A stretch of 64,000 bases of DNA, taken from contig CAVQYT010000007.1 of NCBI GenBank assembly GCA_963718335.1, positions 356,122 to 420,121 of the forward strand, given 5' to 3'. Below the pieces are notes generated by a model that was not told the origin of the DNA, made no database searches, and saw only the letters and a list, made by a program, of their open reading frames with translations. Below, one piece after another: positions 30,509 through 41,015 of the stretch (position 1 is its first letter; every line of letters starts with the position of its first letter). This stretch comes from Methanobacteriota archaeon. GTDB taxonomy: Archaea > Methanobacteriota > Methanobacteria > Methanobacteriales > Methanobacteriaceae. The position numbers and the translations under genes are program-made.

Positions 30509-31961
30509 TTAATCATGGGGTATATAGAGTTCGTGTTCATCTGTCTTTTCCTTATTTTCCTTAGAAAAGAAGCTGAACAATAATATAGCAACGCTTAAAA
30601 CTATACCTACAATAAAGGCATTTTGAAATCCATCAACAAGGATTCCTGTGGGGGCACTGAATTGGAAAGCTCCTCTGGTGGGAATACTGGTTAACTGCAC
30701 AATTTCACTGCTGATTGTATAATCAAATATGGAGTTAAAAATTACCACCCCCATTACTAGACCCAAATACCTTGCAGAATTTAGGAGACTGGATACAGAA
30801 TCCCACCTTTTCTTTGGTACTGTGGCTCATAACCAGTTTATTGTTAGCTGGGGTGAACATACCCTCGGAGAGGGCACGAACTGCAAGTGCTATAAATATG
30901 AATAGTATGCCTATGGTTTCATCAAGTAAATAAAGCAGTAAAACGGCGATGATGAGACCTACACTGGCCAGTAGTATGGGCATTCTGCTCCCCACACGAT
31001 CGGATATATAACCAGAGAAGGGCCCAATGAAAATGACCGCCAGTGAGGGAATGAGTATGATTAAACCGGCAAAATCACTGGGATAACCCATAACCAGTTC
31101 AAAATAAAAAGGAATTAAAAATATAGTTCCTGTAAGTACCAATGAAGCTAAAAAAGCAGCAATAATTGAAAAGGTTATATGTACATTTTTAAAGATGGAT
31201 ATATCAAATAAGGGATTACTGTACCTGGATTCCCACCATATAAAGATGAATATCAGTACCAGGGATATTATGAAGGTAATTATCATAATATAAGTATCTG
31301 TAACAAAGTTTTTTTCCACGTTAAATGGTAGAATAAATGTAAAAATTGCTATAAAGATTAAAAATGCACCCACCAGATCGAAATTGGTATCTGCACTCCT
31401 CTTTTCAAATTCAGGCAGGTATTTGTAGGATAGAATTAATATTATTATTCCCAGGGGGAATACGGTTAAAAATATCCAGTTCCAGCCTAAATTTTCCACT
31501 ATCACTCCTCCAATTCCATATCCTGAAGCCAGTCCCAGTGTGGTGGTAAGGGATATGAAACCAAAGATACGGCCCCTTTCTTCATGGGGAAATGTGGTGG
31601 ATATTATGGCCGGGACCATGGAAAGTATCATGGCTGAGCCCAATCCCAGAATTACTCTGAACAATATGAGTTGGAAGATATCCAGGGCTATAAAACAGAA
31701 GTAACTGAAAACAGAAAAAATAAAGACGCCGGATAAAAATACATTTTTATGACCAACAATATCACCCACACGGCCAAAAATCAATAAAAAACTGGATAGA
31801 ACAATAAGATGCATGATCACTACCAGCGAAACCAAATTAGTGCTTATATCTAAAAACTGAGATATATTGGGGAGTGAGATATTAACGATACCAGCACTGA
31901 AGGACCATAGAAACATTCCCATCGCTAGAACCAGTGTAATAATATTCTTATTAAGTTTCAA
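30509..31961 (-). pseudogene. MFS (DHA2/EmrB-type) transporter interrupted by a frameshift
   Basis: The 408-aa ORF (31961..30735) has MFS motifs (FGRVGDIVGHK). The sequence ..KEKVG continues in another frame as SVSSLLNSARYLGLVMGVVIF.., which is the 85-aa ORF 30766..30509. The shift is near 30797-30803. Confidence 0.7.
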
Positions 31962-32223
31962 GTTGGCACCTATTTATGATTAAACATTTAAATGTATATA
32001 TTTATTTGTTGATATTAAGAACTTAAATCAAAACTTAAATTATATTTAGCATTATCTCTACCCGTAGAAATCCTATTTTTAAATAAATTTAAAAGGAGTT
32101 TTTACCATATAAAAATGTAGGAAAGTTTATAATCATATCTAAAATTTGATGAATTATTTAATAGGGTTTGAATGAAAATTCTTAATCTTCGCTGGGAAAT
32201 GGGATAAGATTCAAGGTTTTAAG

Positions 32224-33093
32224 ATGAAGGGTAATTATTTAGTTTGCCAGAGATGCAATGGATATTATGAACTTGGAGAGGAAGAATCTCCAGATGATTT
32301 TGAGTCCTGTAGGTGTGGAGGAGAATTAATTTTAGTTCATGATATTAATGAATATGTTTACCATCCTAAAAAGCAGGGTTCCAGATGGAATAAAGGTAAT
32401 ATCTTATTAATTTCAGTAATTATCGTACTTCCCCTTATTTTGTTTATTAACACATCACTTTTAGGTTCCATACCACAGCAATCATCCATAGAGGATCATA
32501 ATATCATAGGTTCAGATAACAGGGGTTTTGTTCTAAAGGACGTCTATGGAGGTTCCAATACAGATTCGGTTAAAACAATAGCCATTATAACCGGTATTCA
32601 TCCCAGAGAAACCCTTTCTAAGAATGTAACCTCTGATTTAATTGCTAAATATCCCCTTGGTTCAGATAAAAAGATAGTTCATTATGATATAAAGGTTACC
32701 AGCAACCCCACCGATTTTAGTGCCGGAAGAAACAACGGCGAAGGGCTTGCCGCTGATTATATCCTACCGGACATTTTAAAATCCAAGGATGACCTGGTTA
32801 TTATTTGCCATGATCACAGCCCCACCTATGGACAGGGATTTTATATTGCAACCCCTGAAATGGATGCACAATCGGTTAATTTGGCTGAATCTGTGAATAA
32901 ATCAATACCAGGATTCAGGTATTACCGATCAGATAACGTTCGAAAATCAAGTGCCTCCGCCATAAAGTTTTCCAAACCACTAGCTTCAGGTGGATACAAA
33001 ACATTTGTTTATGAGATCCCGGAATGGAAAAGCTACAATGAAGCATACAGCATTACCAAAACCTTTATTGATAAAAGCTTCAGCTTCCTCTAA
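32224..33093 (+). CDS. Zinc-ribbon / single-pass membrane protein with extracytoplasmic domain (weak H-x-x-E peptidase-like motif)
   Basis: [13 protein letters not shown] zinc ribbon, one TM helix, then a domain containing GIHPRETLS and ICHDH. The function is uncertain. Confidence 0.45.
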   Translation: MKGNYLVCQRCNGYYELGEEESPDDFESCRCGGELILVHDINEYVYHPKKQGSRWNKGNILLISVIIVLPLILFINTSLLGSIPQQSSIEDHNIIGSDNRGFVLKDVYGGSNTDSVKTIAIITGIHPRETLSKNVTSDLIAKYPLGSDKKIVHYDIKVTSNPTDFSAGRNNGEGLAADYILPDILKSKDDLVIICHDHSPTYGQGFYIATPEMDAQSVNLAESVNKSIPGFRYYRSDNVRKSSASAIKFSKPLASGGYKTFVYEIPEWKSYNEAYSITKTFIDKSFSFL

Positions 33094-33157
33094 TATCTTT
33101 TAAATGATTTTTTTGAAAATATTGTTAAGTCCAGGGCTTAAATATAAATTAAAATAG

Positions 33158-33448
33158 TTACAATCCCTTCTCCTGCCTCAGGATTTTTCCCTTATCCATC
33201 ATTTTACCCAGGTAATCGGTAACGAAATTAAATAGAGTTCCATCACGGTCATTTTCAGCTAAAAAAAGTACTATATTAGCCATTTCCTGTGTAAACTGGA
33301 ACACATTAATCAGTTCACCATTTTTCTCCAGTTCCTTAATGTATTCGTCTACAATGGCTTCAATTTCTTTAGATTTCCTCAGTTTGTTTGATTTTTGCTC
33401 TATTATAATGTTTTCATCGTCTGGATTTTCATCGTTCAATTCAGGCAC
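33158..33448 (-). CDS. Hypothetical protein
   Basis: A 96-aa ORF with coding-like composition. No motif recognised. Confidence 0.35.
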   Translation of the reverse strand: MPELNDENPDDENIIIEQKSNKLRKSKEIEAIVDEYIKELEKNGELINVFQFTQEMANIVLFLAENDRDGTLFNFVTDYLGKMMDKGKILRQEKGL

Positions 33449-33574
33449 CCCAAAAAAAATTCATAGTACACCTTAAGATATGTAAATAATGATATTAAAA
33501 CTCTCTTAAATTTGGGAATATTGATATATTAAATTTAATAAAATAGAGCTTAAGTGAGGATTAAACACTTAAGG

Positions 33575-34417
33575 ATGAAAAAAATGAGGGAAGAATTCAA
33601 GCTGGCCATCTGTCAGATGAAAGTGGTGGATGATAAGAAATCCAATATAAAAAAAGCACAGGAAATGATAGAATCATCTGCTTTAAATGGTGCAGATATG
33701 GTTGTTTTACCAGAGATGTTTAACTGCCCCTATGATACCCAAAAATTTGTAGAATACGCTGAAAGTGAGAACGAAAGCATAACTTTAGATGCTGTTTCTA
33801 ACGCTGCAAGGGATAAAAATGTTTTCATCGTTGCCGGGTCCATTCCAGAACGGGATGGCAATAAAATATTCAATTCCTGCTTCATATTCAGAAAAGATGG
33901 GGATATCATAGGCCGATTTAGAAAAATGCACCTTTTTAATATTGACGCCCCTAACATTAAATTTAAAGAATCCCAGGTCTTAAGTGAGGGTAACCATTTA
34001 GGAATTTTTAATACAGAATTTGGGAAAATTGGAATAGCCATCTGTTATGATATCAGATTTGGAGAATTATTAAGACTAATGACCCTTAAAGGTGCCCAGT
34101 TAATAATCATGCCTGGAGCTTTTAATATGACCACTGGTCCCGCTCATTGGGAGGTGCTCATAAGAAGCAGGGCCATTGATAATCAGCTTTTTGTGGCGGC
34201 AGCATCACCAGCAAGAAATGAGGAACTTTCCTATGTGGCCTATGGTAATTCCATGATTGTAGGGCCCTGGGGAGATTTAATGGCAAGAGCCGGTGAAAAT
34301 GAAGATATCATCTATGCAAATATAAATTTAAAAGATATCTTAAGGGTAAGAAGAGAGCTTCCCCTTTTAAAAAATCGTAGAGATGATATCTACGGCACCA
34401 TTTTAAAAAATGAATGA
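33575..34417 (+). CDS. Carbon-nitrogen hydrolase (nitrilase superfamily, omega-amidase-like)
   Basis: [27 protein letters not shown] and [13 protein letters not shown] form the E-K-C catalytic triad context. ATG 33575 is preferred over GTG 33554. Confidence 0.85.
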   Translation: MKKMREEFKLAICQMKVVDDKKSNIKKAQEMIESSALNGADMVVLPEMFNCPYDTQKFVEYAESENESITLDAVSNAARDKNVFIVAGSIPERDGNKIFNSCFIFRKDGDIIGRFRKMHLFNIDAPNIKFKESQVLSEGNHLGIFNTEFGKIGIAICYDIRFGELLRLMTLKGAQLIIMPGAFNMTTGPAHWEVLIRSRAIDNQLFVAAASPARNEELSYVAYGNSMIVGPWGDLMARAGENEDIIYANINLKDILRVRRELPLLKNRRDDIYGTILKNE

Positions 34418-34425
34418 TATACGGA

Positions 34426-34893
34426 TTATAAATTTTCTCTTTTAATCAGTTTCAGTGAGGCAGAGTTCATACAGTAACGTTTACCAGTTGGAGGCGGACC
34501 ATCATCAAAAACATGACCCAGATGTGCATCACATAGTGCGCATAATGCCTCTGTTCTAATCATAAAATGGCTGTTATCGGTTTGGGTTTTCACATTTTGC
34601 GGTGCCACCGGTTCCCAGAAACTGGGCCATCCAGTTCCAGATTCAAATTTAGTGGCAGAATCAAAGAGATCTGTGTCACAGCACACGCATCTGTAGATCC
34701 CATCTTCATGACAGTCATGGTACTTTCCTGTAAAGGCAAGTTCTGTGCCCTGTTTTCTTGCAACGTTGAACTCTTCAGTTCTTAATATCTCTCTCCACTC
34801 ATCATCACTTTTAATTACCTTATCCATCATCTCGATTTCCCCGGTTTTAACTGAATAGATGGGTATTGTGGAAGATCTATCACTATCTTTCAT
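34426..34893 (-). CDS. msrB: Peptide-methionine (R)-S-oxide reductase
   Basis: GIYRCVCCDTDLFDSATKFESGTGWPSFWEP, CALCDAHLGHVFDDGP and RYCMNSASL. The true start may be the internal MMDKV. Confidence 0.9.
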   Translation of the reverse strand: MKDSDRSSTIPIYSVKTGEIEMMDKVIKSDDEWREILRTEEFNVARKQGTELAFTGKYHDCHEDGIYRCVCCDTDLFDSATKFESGTGWPSFWEPVAPQNVKTQTDNSHFMIRTEALCALCDAHLGHVFDDGPPPTGKRYCMNSASLKLIKRENL

Positions 34894-35010
34894 GTTTATT
34901 ACTCTGTATTTTTTTAACTAAATAATTTACCTAACTATTTCCAGTTAAGAGATTTTAAGGAAGGGTTTCTTAAGCAATAAATAAATAGTAGGATGTTGTA
35001 ATGTCAATCA

Positions 35011-35649
35011 ATGAAAGATGAAATCCCTGTTTTACACTCAAAACTCAATAGATATGAGAGAAAGTTAAAAAGAAAATCTCAAGATGGTAAGACACAAATC
35101 ACCACCAGATACATGATTCCCATCCGGAAAGACCAGATTGAAGGCACTAAATTTGAGGAAGTAGAGGATATCATAATAATGAGTAGTGAAGATTTCCAGG
35201 ATGAGCTGCAGAAATCTCATATAATAAGCATAAGCAATGAAAAACTAAAACAACAATTAAACGATAAAAAACTGAAAATTAGAAGCCTCAACGATAAAAT
35301 CAGGCAAAAAAAGATGGATGAAAGGGAAGAATTAACTGCAGAATTTAATTTTAAAATTGAAAATAGGATAAATGAATATGAAGAAGATAAAATAGCGCTT
35401 CAATCTAAAATGGAAAAGGAAATAGCGGAACTTAAGGACCAGTTAAAAAGTTTAAGGGATCTGAGAATACTGGAGAAAGAATCTTTTAAAATAAAACTCA
35501 ATGAACTGGAGTTGAATAATGATGAGTATGCATCATTAAAAAGGAGCCATGAAATTCTGGGTGAAATGGTTCAAAGGAAGAATGAAAGGATTAGAGATCT
35601 AGAAAAGAAGGGGATGGTAAATAACCTCCTCTCCAAAATAAAAAAGTGA
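35011..35649 (+). CDS. Coiled-coil protein, unknown function
   Basis: 212 aa, heptad-like and rich in K/E/L (..LKQQLNDKKLKIRSLNDKIRQKK..). Confidence 0.5.
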   Translation: MKDEIPVLHSKLNRYERKLKRKSQDGKTQITTRYMIPIRKDQIEGTKFEEVEDIIIMSSEDFQDELQKSHIISISNEKLKQQLNDKKLKIRSLNDKIRQKKMDEREELTAEFNFKIENRINEYEEDKIALQSKMEKEIAELKDQLKSLRDLRILEKESFKIKLNELELNNDEYASLKRSHEILGEMVQRKNERIRDLEKKGMVNNLLSKIKK

Positions 35650-35650
35650 A

Positions 35651-36211
35651 CTATTTTTTATTGATCTTCTTTAGGGCCTTATTGGCCACTTTTTTAAAGT
35701 CTTTATCACCTGTAGCTGCTCTTCTGGCTTTTTTAATAGGGTCAACTGCTTTTTCATCACCCAGATCTCCCAATGCTTTTAGGGTGGCCATTTTAACTCC
35801 CCAATCATCATCATTTAAAGTGTCTATAAGTGGTTCTACTGCTTTTAGATCACCAATTTCTCCCAGTGCCTTGGCCGCGAATTTTCTAACTGCAAAGTTT
35901 TCATCCCTTAAAGCTTCTATGAGTGTATCCACCACAGCAGGATCTCCAATATCTTTAAGTGCAAGTGTGGCGTATTTTTTAATATTTTCATTTGCATCTC
36001 CTTTTAATGCATTTATAAGAGGTTCTACAGCAGGTTTACCAATTATGCCCAGTGATTTAGCAGCCTGAAATCTTACCTGAGGATTTTCATCGTTAAAGGT
36101 ATTTATGAGAGTATCTACTCCTGCAGGATCTTCAGATTTACCTATCTCTTCAGCAGCTTCTTTTCTTACATCCGGATCTTCGTTTTTTAAGTTTTTGATA
36201 AGATTTTCCAT
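35651..36211 (-). CDS. HEAT-repeat (PBS lyase-type) protein
   Basis: Repeated units D.DPxVRxxAAxALGxIGDPxAVxxLIxAL occur about six times. Confidence 0.8.
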   Translation of the reverse strand: MENLIKNLKNEDPDVRKEAAEEIGKSEDPAGVDTLINTFNDENPQVRFQAAKSLGIIGKPAVEPLINALKGDANENIKKYATLALKDIGDPAVVDTLIEALRDENFAVRKFAAKALGEIGDLKAVEPLIDTLNDDDWGVKMATLKALGDLGDEKAVDPIKKARRAATGDKDFKKVANKALKKINKK

Positions 36212-36252
36212 TTTAAATCTCCATTAAATAATTGATCTTGGTTAACATAAAT

Positions 36253-37917
36253 TTATTTATGGGCGATCATACTGGTGGGTAGCCCCTGATGAACACATCT
36301 TTCCAGGGTTTTTTCCAGTTTTTTCCTTCCTCTTAATAGATATAAAAAGCTTCTTATTTTAAGCCATGATGATGGAGAAGGTCTTTTTACCAGTTCTATC
36401 ATATCATCTGTAACAGGGAGGTTTGCAAGATGGAGCATGTTTCTGACCACATCGGCATAATGAACTGATTCTGCAAATCCCCGGCCTATTAGATTTCCCC
36501 CTGCATCCTTTATATGCACCGCCCCCTCCGAGTATTGAATACCGCTGGCATTGAACCCTGATTGCCCTCCTGAAACTATGGGTAGCATTGTAAAAGTTCT
36601 GATATCTTCTGGAACCATGTCCTCAAATTTGAATTCCCATTTGTTGGGATACCATGTATTTGTAATCCAGTATTGCTCTGGATCTGATGATCTTTTGCAT
36701 TTGATCCATTCAGGTATCTTTAAAGTTCCAATGATATCATTAACATTATTAGTTTTATCAATTAACTGTCCTTTAACTTCAACGGTCATTGTTTCAGGTG
36801 GATTCTCTCCAGTTTGTTCATAGAATTTCAGGTTTAAATCGGTGTGCGGTGCATACATGGTTATCTCTCTTGCACCCTCAAATTGGGCCATGAACCAGTC
36901 CCATCCCCTGGAATGTGAGAGTGCCATGTTATTAGCAGCCCTCATTACTTCACATCTGGGATTTCCCGGGGGTTCCAGGGCGTTACCCCATTGATGATCC
37001 ATCCAGAATTTACCTTCAGTAAGTTTCACCTCTTCACCATTGAATTTTAATACACTCTCTTGGGGATCTAGGCTTAAATTAGTTGCAGAATAGTAGAGGG
37101 TACCTATACCACAGCAGCAGGGTAAACATCCCTTTTTGCCCTGCAGAAGAAATTCCTTGTTTGATTTAAGGGTGAGGTCAACTTCAAGCTCCACTGGTGA
37201 GTGTTCTAAATTCACACCCCATCCCCTTAAACGAATTGGGAAGAGATCATCTTCACCTTTAGATTGAATAGAATTATTTCCTATCCAGTATTTGTAGGGT
37301 TTATCGTTGAAACCAGCAAGACCTGTGGTTCCGGCTATAGCAATGGGTTTTGATTGATAATGTATATTTCCTGCCTCTCCCACAGCTAGCTGGAATTCAA
37401 ATATTTGATTTTCCAAACTGGAAAGTCCGAATTGTTCAGCAATATCAGGGGGCAGTAAGGAATAACGGTAAAATAAAACAAGAATCCCATATTCCTTTCC
37501 ATTTTCTCCCCTGCAGTTACCTACAAAGAAGTGCCATCCCACCTGATAATCCAGTTGAGGAAGATGGATTTGTGGAAATTTTAGATTAGCCTCATCAGGA
37601 ATCATTTTATATCCTTTAACGCTATCTAAACCCATAAGATGGGTCATGACATAGGCCTGGAGAGCATAGAGAGAGGATGAGTTCTGCAGGAATTTTTGGT
37701 AACGCTTTCTATAGCTGGGTGTAAAAGAGTCAGGATAGTCCATTAATTCCTGTAATCGGTACTGCATACGTTTACCAAAAGCCTCAGGGTTATTTTTATC
37801 ACTTTTTAGTTTGTTCAAGATTTCTGCAGGTATTTCAGCATCTTCAAATCTTCTTGACCACAGCACCCGGGCAATGTTATCTGCAGTGATATCATCCAGT
37901 TCTTTCAAATTTTCCAT
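36253..37917 (-). CDS. AttH/CrtC-like (carotenoid 1,2-hydratase family) lipocalin-fold protein
   Basis: FPQIHLPQLDYQVGWHFFVGNCRGENGKEYGILVLFYR and FWMDHQWG match the signature segments of the CrtC/AttH family. Confidence 0.6.
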   Translation of the reverse strand: MENLKELDDITADNIARVLWSRRFEDAEIPAEILNKLKSDKNNPEAFGKRMQYRLQELMDYPDSFTPSYRKRYQKFLQNSSSLYALQAYVMTHLMGLDSVKGYKMIPDEANLKFPQIHLPQLDYQVGWHFFVGNCRGENGKEYGILVLFYRYSLLPPDIAEQFGLSSLENQIFEFQLAVGEAGNIHYQSKPIAIAGTTGLAGFNDKPYKYWIGNNSIQSKGEDDLFPIRLRGWGVNLEHSPVELEVDLTLKSNKEFLLQGKKGCLPCCCGIGTLYYSATNLSLDPQESVLKFNGEEVKLTEGKFWMDHQWGNALEPPGNPRCEVMRAANNMALSHSRGWDWFMAQFEGAREITMYAPHTDLNLKFYEQTGENPPETMTVEVKGQLIDKTNNVNDIIGTLKIPEWIKCKRSSDPEQYWITNTWYPNKWEFKFEDMVPEDIRTFTMLPIVSGGQSGFNASGIQYSEGAVHIKDAGGNLIGRGFAESVHYADVVRNMLHLANLPVTDDMIELVKRPSPSSWLKIRSFLYLLRGRKKLEKTLERCVHQGLPTSMIAHK

Positions 37918-38154
37918 TTAATTCTCCACCTTGATCTTTAATTAAATCATATGTGTATCAAATATTCTTCTTTTAAGATATATTAACCTACCAAATGACC
38001 ATATTATCCTATGCTGGATTTAAATTGTTCTTAAATCCATATAAAACTTTATCATATGCAATTAGAAAGGTAATGTCATTAAAAAATTATGCCTGATAGA
38101 AAATAATATATACCGGGAATGAGTTCATAATGTTAAGTATTTGTATAACGATCT

Positions 38155-38877
38155 ATGAAAGAAAATGAAATCTACGGTGCCCATATTTTGGACGCCGCAC
38201 TTCAAATAAAAGATTATCTAATTATCTCTGACCTTCACCTGGGCTATGAATATGCTTTAAATGCTGAAGGATTCATGATCCCTCGTTTTCAGTACAAAAA
38301 GATAATAAATCGACTGGAGGAGATCATAAAGCTTTCAAACTGTTCCAAAATAGTAGTTAACGGCGATTTAAAGCATGAATTTGCCAGAATTACTTCTCAA
38401 GAATGGAGGGAGGTAATGAATTTTATTGAATTTTTACAGGAGAACTTCAAAGAAGTTGTACTCATAAAGGGAAACCATGATAATTTTACCACATTCATGG
38501 CAGAGAAGAACAACCTGGATGTGCACCAGCATTACAGCATAGAAAACTATCTGATACTTCACGGAGACAGGATTCCTGAAGATTTCAACTCCATGAAGGA
38601 GGACACGGTGATAATTGGGCATGAACATCCAAGTATTGGATTGAGGTCTGGTGAAAGGGTGGAGAAGCTCAAATGTTTCCTTAAAGGTAGAGTTAAAGGT
38701 AAAAATTTCATAGTAATGCCTTCATTTAACTTCATTACTGAGGGGTCAGATATCCTCCAGCAGAAGAACATTTCTCCCTTTTTAAAGGATGTATCTTTGA
38801 GAGATTTTGAGTTATTGGGTGTTGAAGATTTTGAAGTTTTAAATTTTGGTAAATTAGAAAATCTTTGGAAACTTTAA
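38155..38877 (+). CDS. Metallophosphoesterase, SbcD/Mre11-related archaeal type (MPE)
   Basis: ISDLHLGYE, NGDLKHEF, IKGNHDNF, LHGD and GHEHP are the calcineurin-like phosphoesterase motifs in order. Confidence 0.8.
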   Translation: MKENEIYGAHILDAALQIKDYLIISDLHLGYEYALNAEGFMIPRFQYKKIINRLEEIIKLSNCSKIVVNGDLKHEFARITSQEWREVMNFIEFLQENFKEVVLIKGNHDNFTTFMAEKNNLDVHQHYSIENYLILHGDRIPEDFNSMKEDTVIIGHEHPSIGLRSGERVEKLKCFLKGRVKGKNFIVMPSFNFITEGSDILQQKNISPFLKDVSLRDFELLGVEDFEVLNFGKLENLWKL

Positions 38878-39191
38878 AAATAAATAATATGAAATTTAAT
38901 TAAATTATTAAAAAAAGGACGTAGATTTTTTTCCCTGTATTTTAAAGCTTTCAATGGTATTATTAAAGTTTCTCATGTCCTTGTTTAGAGATATATGAGA
39001 AATAACTTATTTATTCAAAATCTTTATATGATATTATTTACTATAATATTATAACCTGATGAAATCTGTCAGGTTCACTTCAACAGGATGTATGTAGGGT
39101 AATTTGTAATTATATAGCTCTGTTGAAGCGTGATAACGAGATTCAGGGAGATCAATTATAATATCAATTTTTAAGTGGGGGTATAATTTAA

Positions 39192-40538
39192 TTGATTTTG
39201 GATAGTGTTAGTGAAATGGAAAGTTCTGGTGATGTAAAAGGACTTATTGAAATGCTCGAAGATTCAGATCCTCAGATAAGGTTTAATTCTGCCCAGAGCC
39301 TTGGATCTGTGGGTGGTTGTCAGCTTGATCTTTTGCATCAAGCTTTAAATAGTGAGAATCTATATTTGCGTTGGGGTGCAGCTTATGCTCTGGGAGGAGT
39401 AAAGGACCCGAAATCTGTTCCCTACCTAATCGAAGCATTGAAAAAGAATTATCATGAATTAAATGGCAGAATTACGCGTTGGATAATTTATGCAATTGGC
39501 GAGATTGGGGGTGAAGAAGTTTTAGATGCACTGCTGGAGTTAATAGATAAAAAAATAGAATATAACAATGATCTATGGACACAAGAATATGCTGTCCGTG
39601 TTTTAGGATTCATTGGTGGTAAAAAGGCATTAAAAATGTTAAAAAACAGGATTGATCATGATTGGAAGGGTTATGCATGGCTATATGCTGATGGTAAATG
39701 GGCTATTGGAATAATTGAGGATGAACTTCAAGATAAGAAAATGGAAACTGATCCTAATATTGAATTTGCTAGTTCAAATTTTAAGTCATTGAAACTAAGT
39801 CCTGCAGAATCTCACCTCCTCAAATCGTATAAAGTAAGGGATAAAGATGATATCGGGGAATTTATGATGATTTATACCTTATATGATCTGATTCTGAGGG
39901 GTGTTTTGATAACTGAGCAGCATATCAATTTGAAAACGAAGAAAAGATTTTTACGAGAATCGTATACCTTTCTACAAGAATTTTGCATTATCAAGCATGG
40001 TGAGAACTTAAAGAATACAGAACTTAAACCACACGAAAAGAAAATTGTTTCATATGTAAAAAAGGATAGGGGTATAGAACTATCAAAATTTTCATCAATA
40101 GCGGATAATGATAAGATTGGAGCTAAATTTCGAAATGATTATGTTAAATATCTTGCTGGGGAGGGTTATTTCAATAGTGGGGTTTCCAGGTTTGTAGGTA
40201 CCAAATTAACTGATAAAGGCAAAGAAGCACTGGAACTGTTGGGTGACGCCTTAGATGAAGGTAATAATATTAGAATTTGGCTAGAAAATGATCCTGGATT
40301 GGCTTTTCAATATATAAACAACATGGCAGGTAATATACTTTTAAAAAGGCATTGCACTACTACAGGTAATGATATTCCTGTAGTGTCAAGGAAAATTTTT
40401 GAAGCTAAAAATCACCAGGAATTATTATATTGCTATTACTGGTTGATAGAGGGGCCAAAAACAGAATCTGAACTAATATATTATTATTTTAGAGAAAAAA
40501 AAATTCTACATGAAGTTTATATTTTTCCAGAGGACTGA
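39192..40538 (+). CDS. HEAT-repeat protein with uncharacterised ~260-aa C-terminal region
   Basis: N-terminal DSDPQIRFNSAQSLGSVG / LRWGAAYALGGVKDPKSVPYLIEAL repeats. No motif was recognised in the C-terminal half. TTG start, or the internal MESSGD. Confidence 0.6.
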   Translation: MILDSVSEMESSGDVKGLIEMLEDSDPQIRFNSAQSLGSVGGCQLDLLHQALNSENLYLRWGAAYALGGVKDPKSVPYLIEALKKNYHELNGRITRWIIYAIGEIGGEEVLDALLELIDKKIEYNNDLWTQEYAVRVLGFIGGKKALKMLKNRIDHDWKGYAWLYADGKWAIGIIEDELQDKKMETDPNIEFASSNFKSLKLSPAESHLLKSYKVRDKDDIGEFMMIYTLYDLILRGVLITEQHINLKTKKRFLRESYTFLQEFCIIKHGENLKNTELKPHEKKIVSYVKKDRGIELSKFSSIADNDKIGAKFRNDYVKYLAGEGYFNSGVSRFVGTKLTDKGKEALELLGDALDEGNNIRIWLENDPGLAFQYINNMAGNILLKRHCTTTGNDIPVVSRKIFEAKNHQELLYCYYWLIEGPKTESELIYYYFREKKILHEVYIFPED

Positions 40539-40539
40539 A

Positions 40540-40913
40540 GAAGGAGACTTTATGGAGGCTTTTATACAACTTTTTTTTTAAGCAAATTTCAGGGGAATAA
40601 TGATTAAGGAAAATCATGATAATTTCACACCCTTTACAGCCGAAAAAGATATTGAAGTCCTTGGAAGTTACAGTTATAGACTATTAATTGGTTTTATACG
40701 ATATATCTACCTGAAATTTGATCAGATAACTGAAGTATCTAAATTATTGTACATGAACATACAAACACCGGACTTCGAGTGATGAACGGGTTTAAAATTT
40801 ACTGCAATAGAAAGGCCATTTCTCCATTTTTAAAGATGTTTCATTAAAAGATTTGTAGCATATTTTTTTGAGATTTTGAAGTCCTAAATTTCTAAAAATT
40901 AAAAAGTTTAATA
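40540..40913 (+). pseudogene. Decayed duplicate of the 3' half of the metallophosphoesterase gene 38155..38877
   Basis: Readable homology across frames: DFMEAFIQLFF*ANFRGIMIKENHDNF vs EVMNFIEFLQENFKEVVLIKGNHDNF; IIVHEHTNTGLR vs IIGHEHPSIGLR; ISPFLKMF..DFEVLNF vs ISPFLKDV..DFEVLNF. It carries stops, frameshifts and an internal deletion. Confidence 0.75.
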
Positions 40914-41015
40914 CCCAAATAAACTATAAAATTTTTATTAAAAAATATTATAAAAAAAAATTAGAAATAATAAATTAATTTTAAATGTTATTCAGACTTT
41001 TTTAGGATTAAAAAT

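Noticed and set aside
35646-36068. Long antisense ORFs lie opposite confirmed genes. Examples are 35646..36068 opposite the HEAT gene, 28059..28481 opposite minD, 63076..63894 opposite acs, 57114..57470 and 57789..58613 opposite feoB, and 60296..61180 opposite the membrane protein and GMC genes.
   Set aside because: Their translations are Ser/Leu/Pro-rich with no motifs, and each fully overlaps a gene with strong family signatures. They are typical shadow ORFs.
39076-39128. A 9-bp inverted repeat (CTTCAACAG ... CTGTTGAAG) with a ~33-nt loop lies ~65 nt upstream of the HEAT-repeat gene. I considered it as an RNA element or integration site.
   Set aside because: The stem is short, the loop is long and AT-rich, and there is no second copy at the other end of the inserted segment. 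It is compatible with chance.
40914-41015. An extremely AT-rich low-complexity run (AAAATTTTTATTAAAAAATATTATAAAAAAAAATT..) lies upstream of lhr. I checked it for repeat or CRISPR-like periodicity.
   Set aside because: There is no regular repeat-spacer structure. It looks like ordinary AT-rich promoter or spacer DNA.
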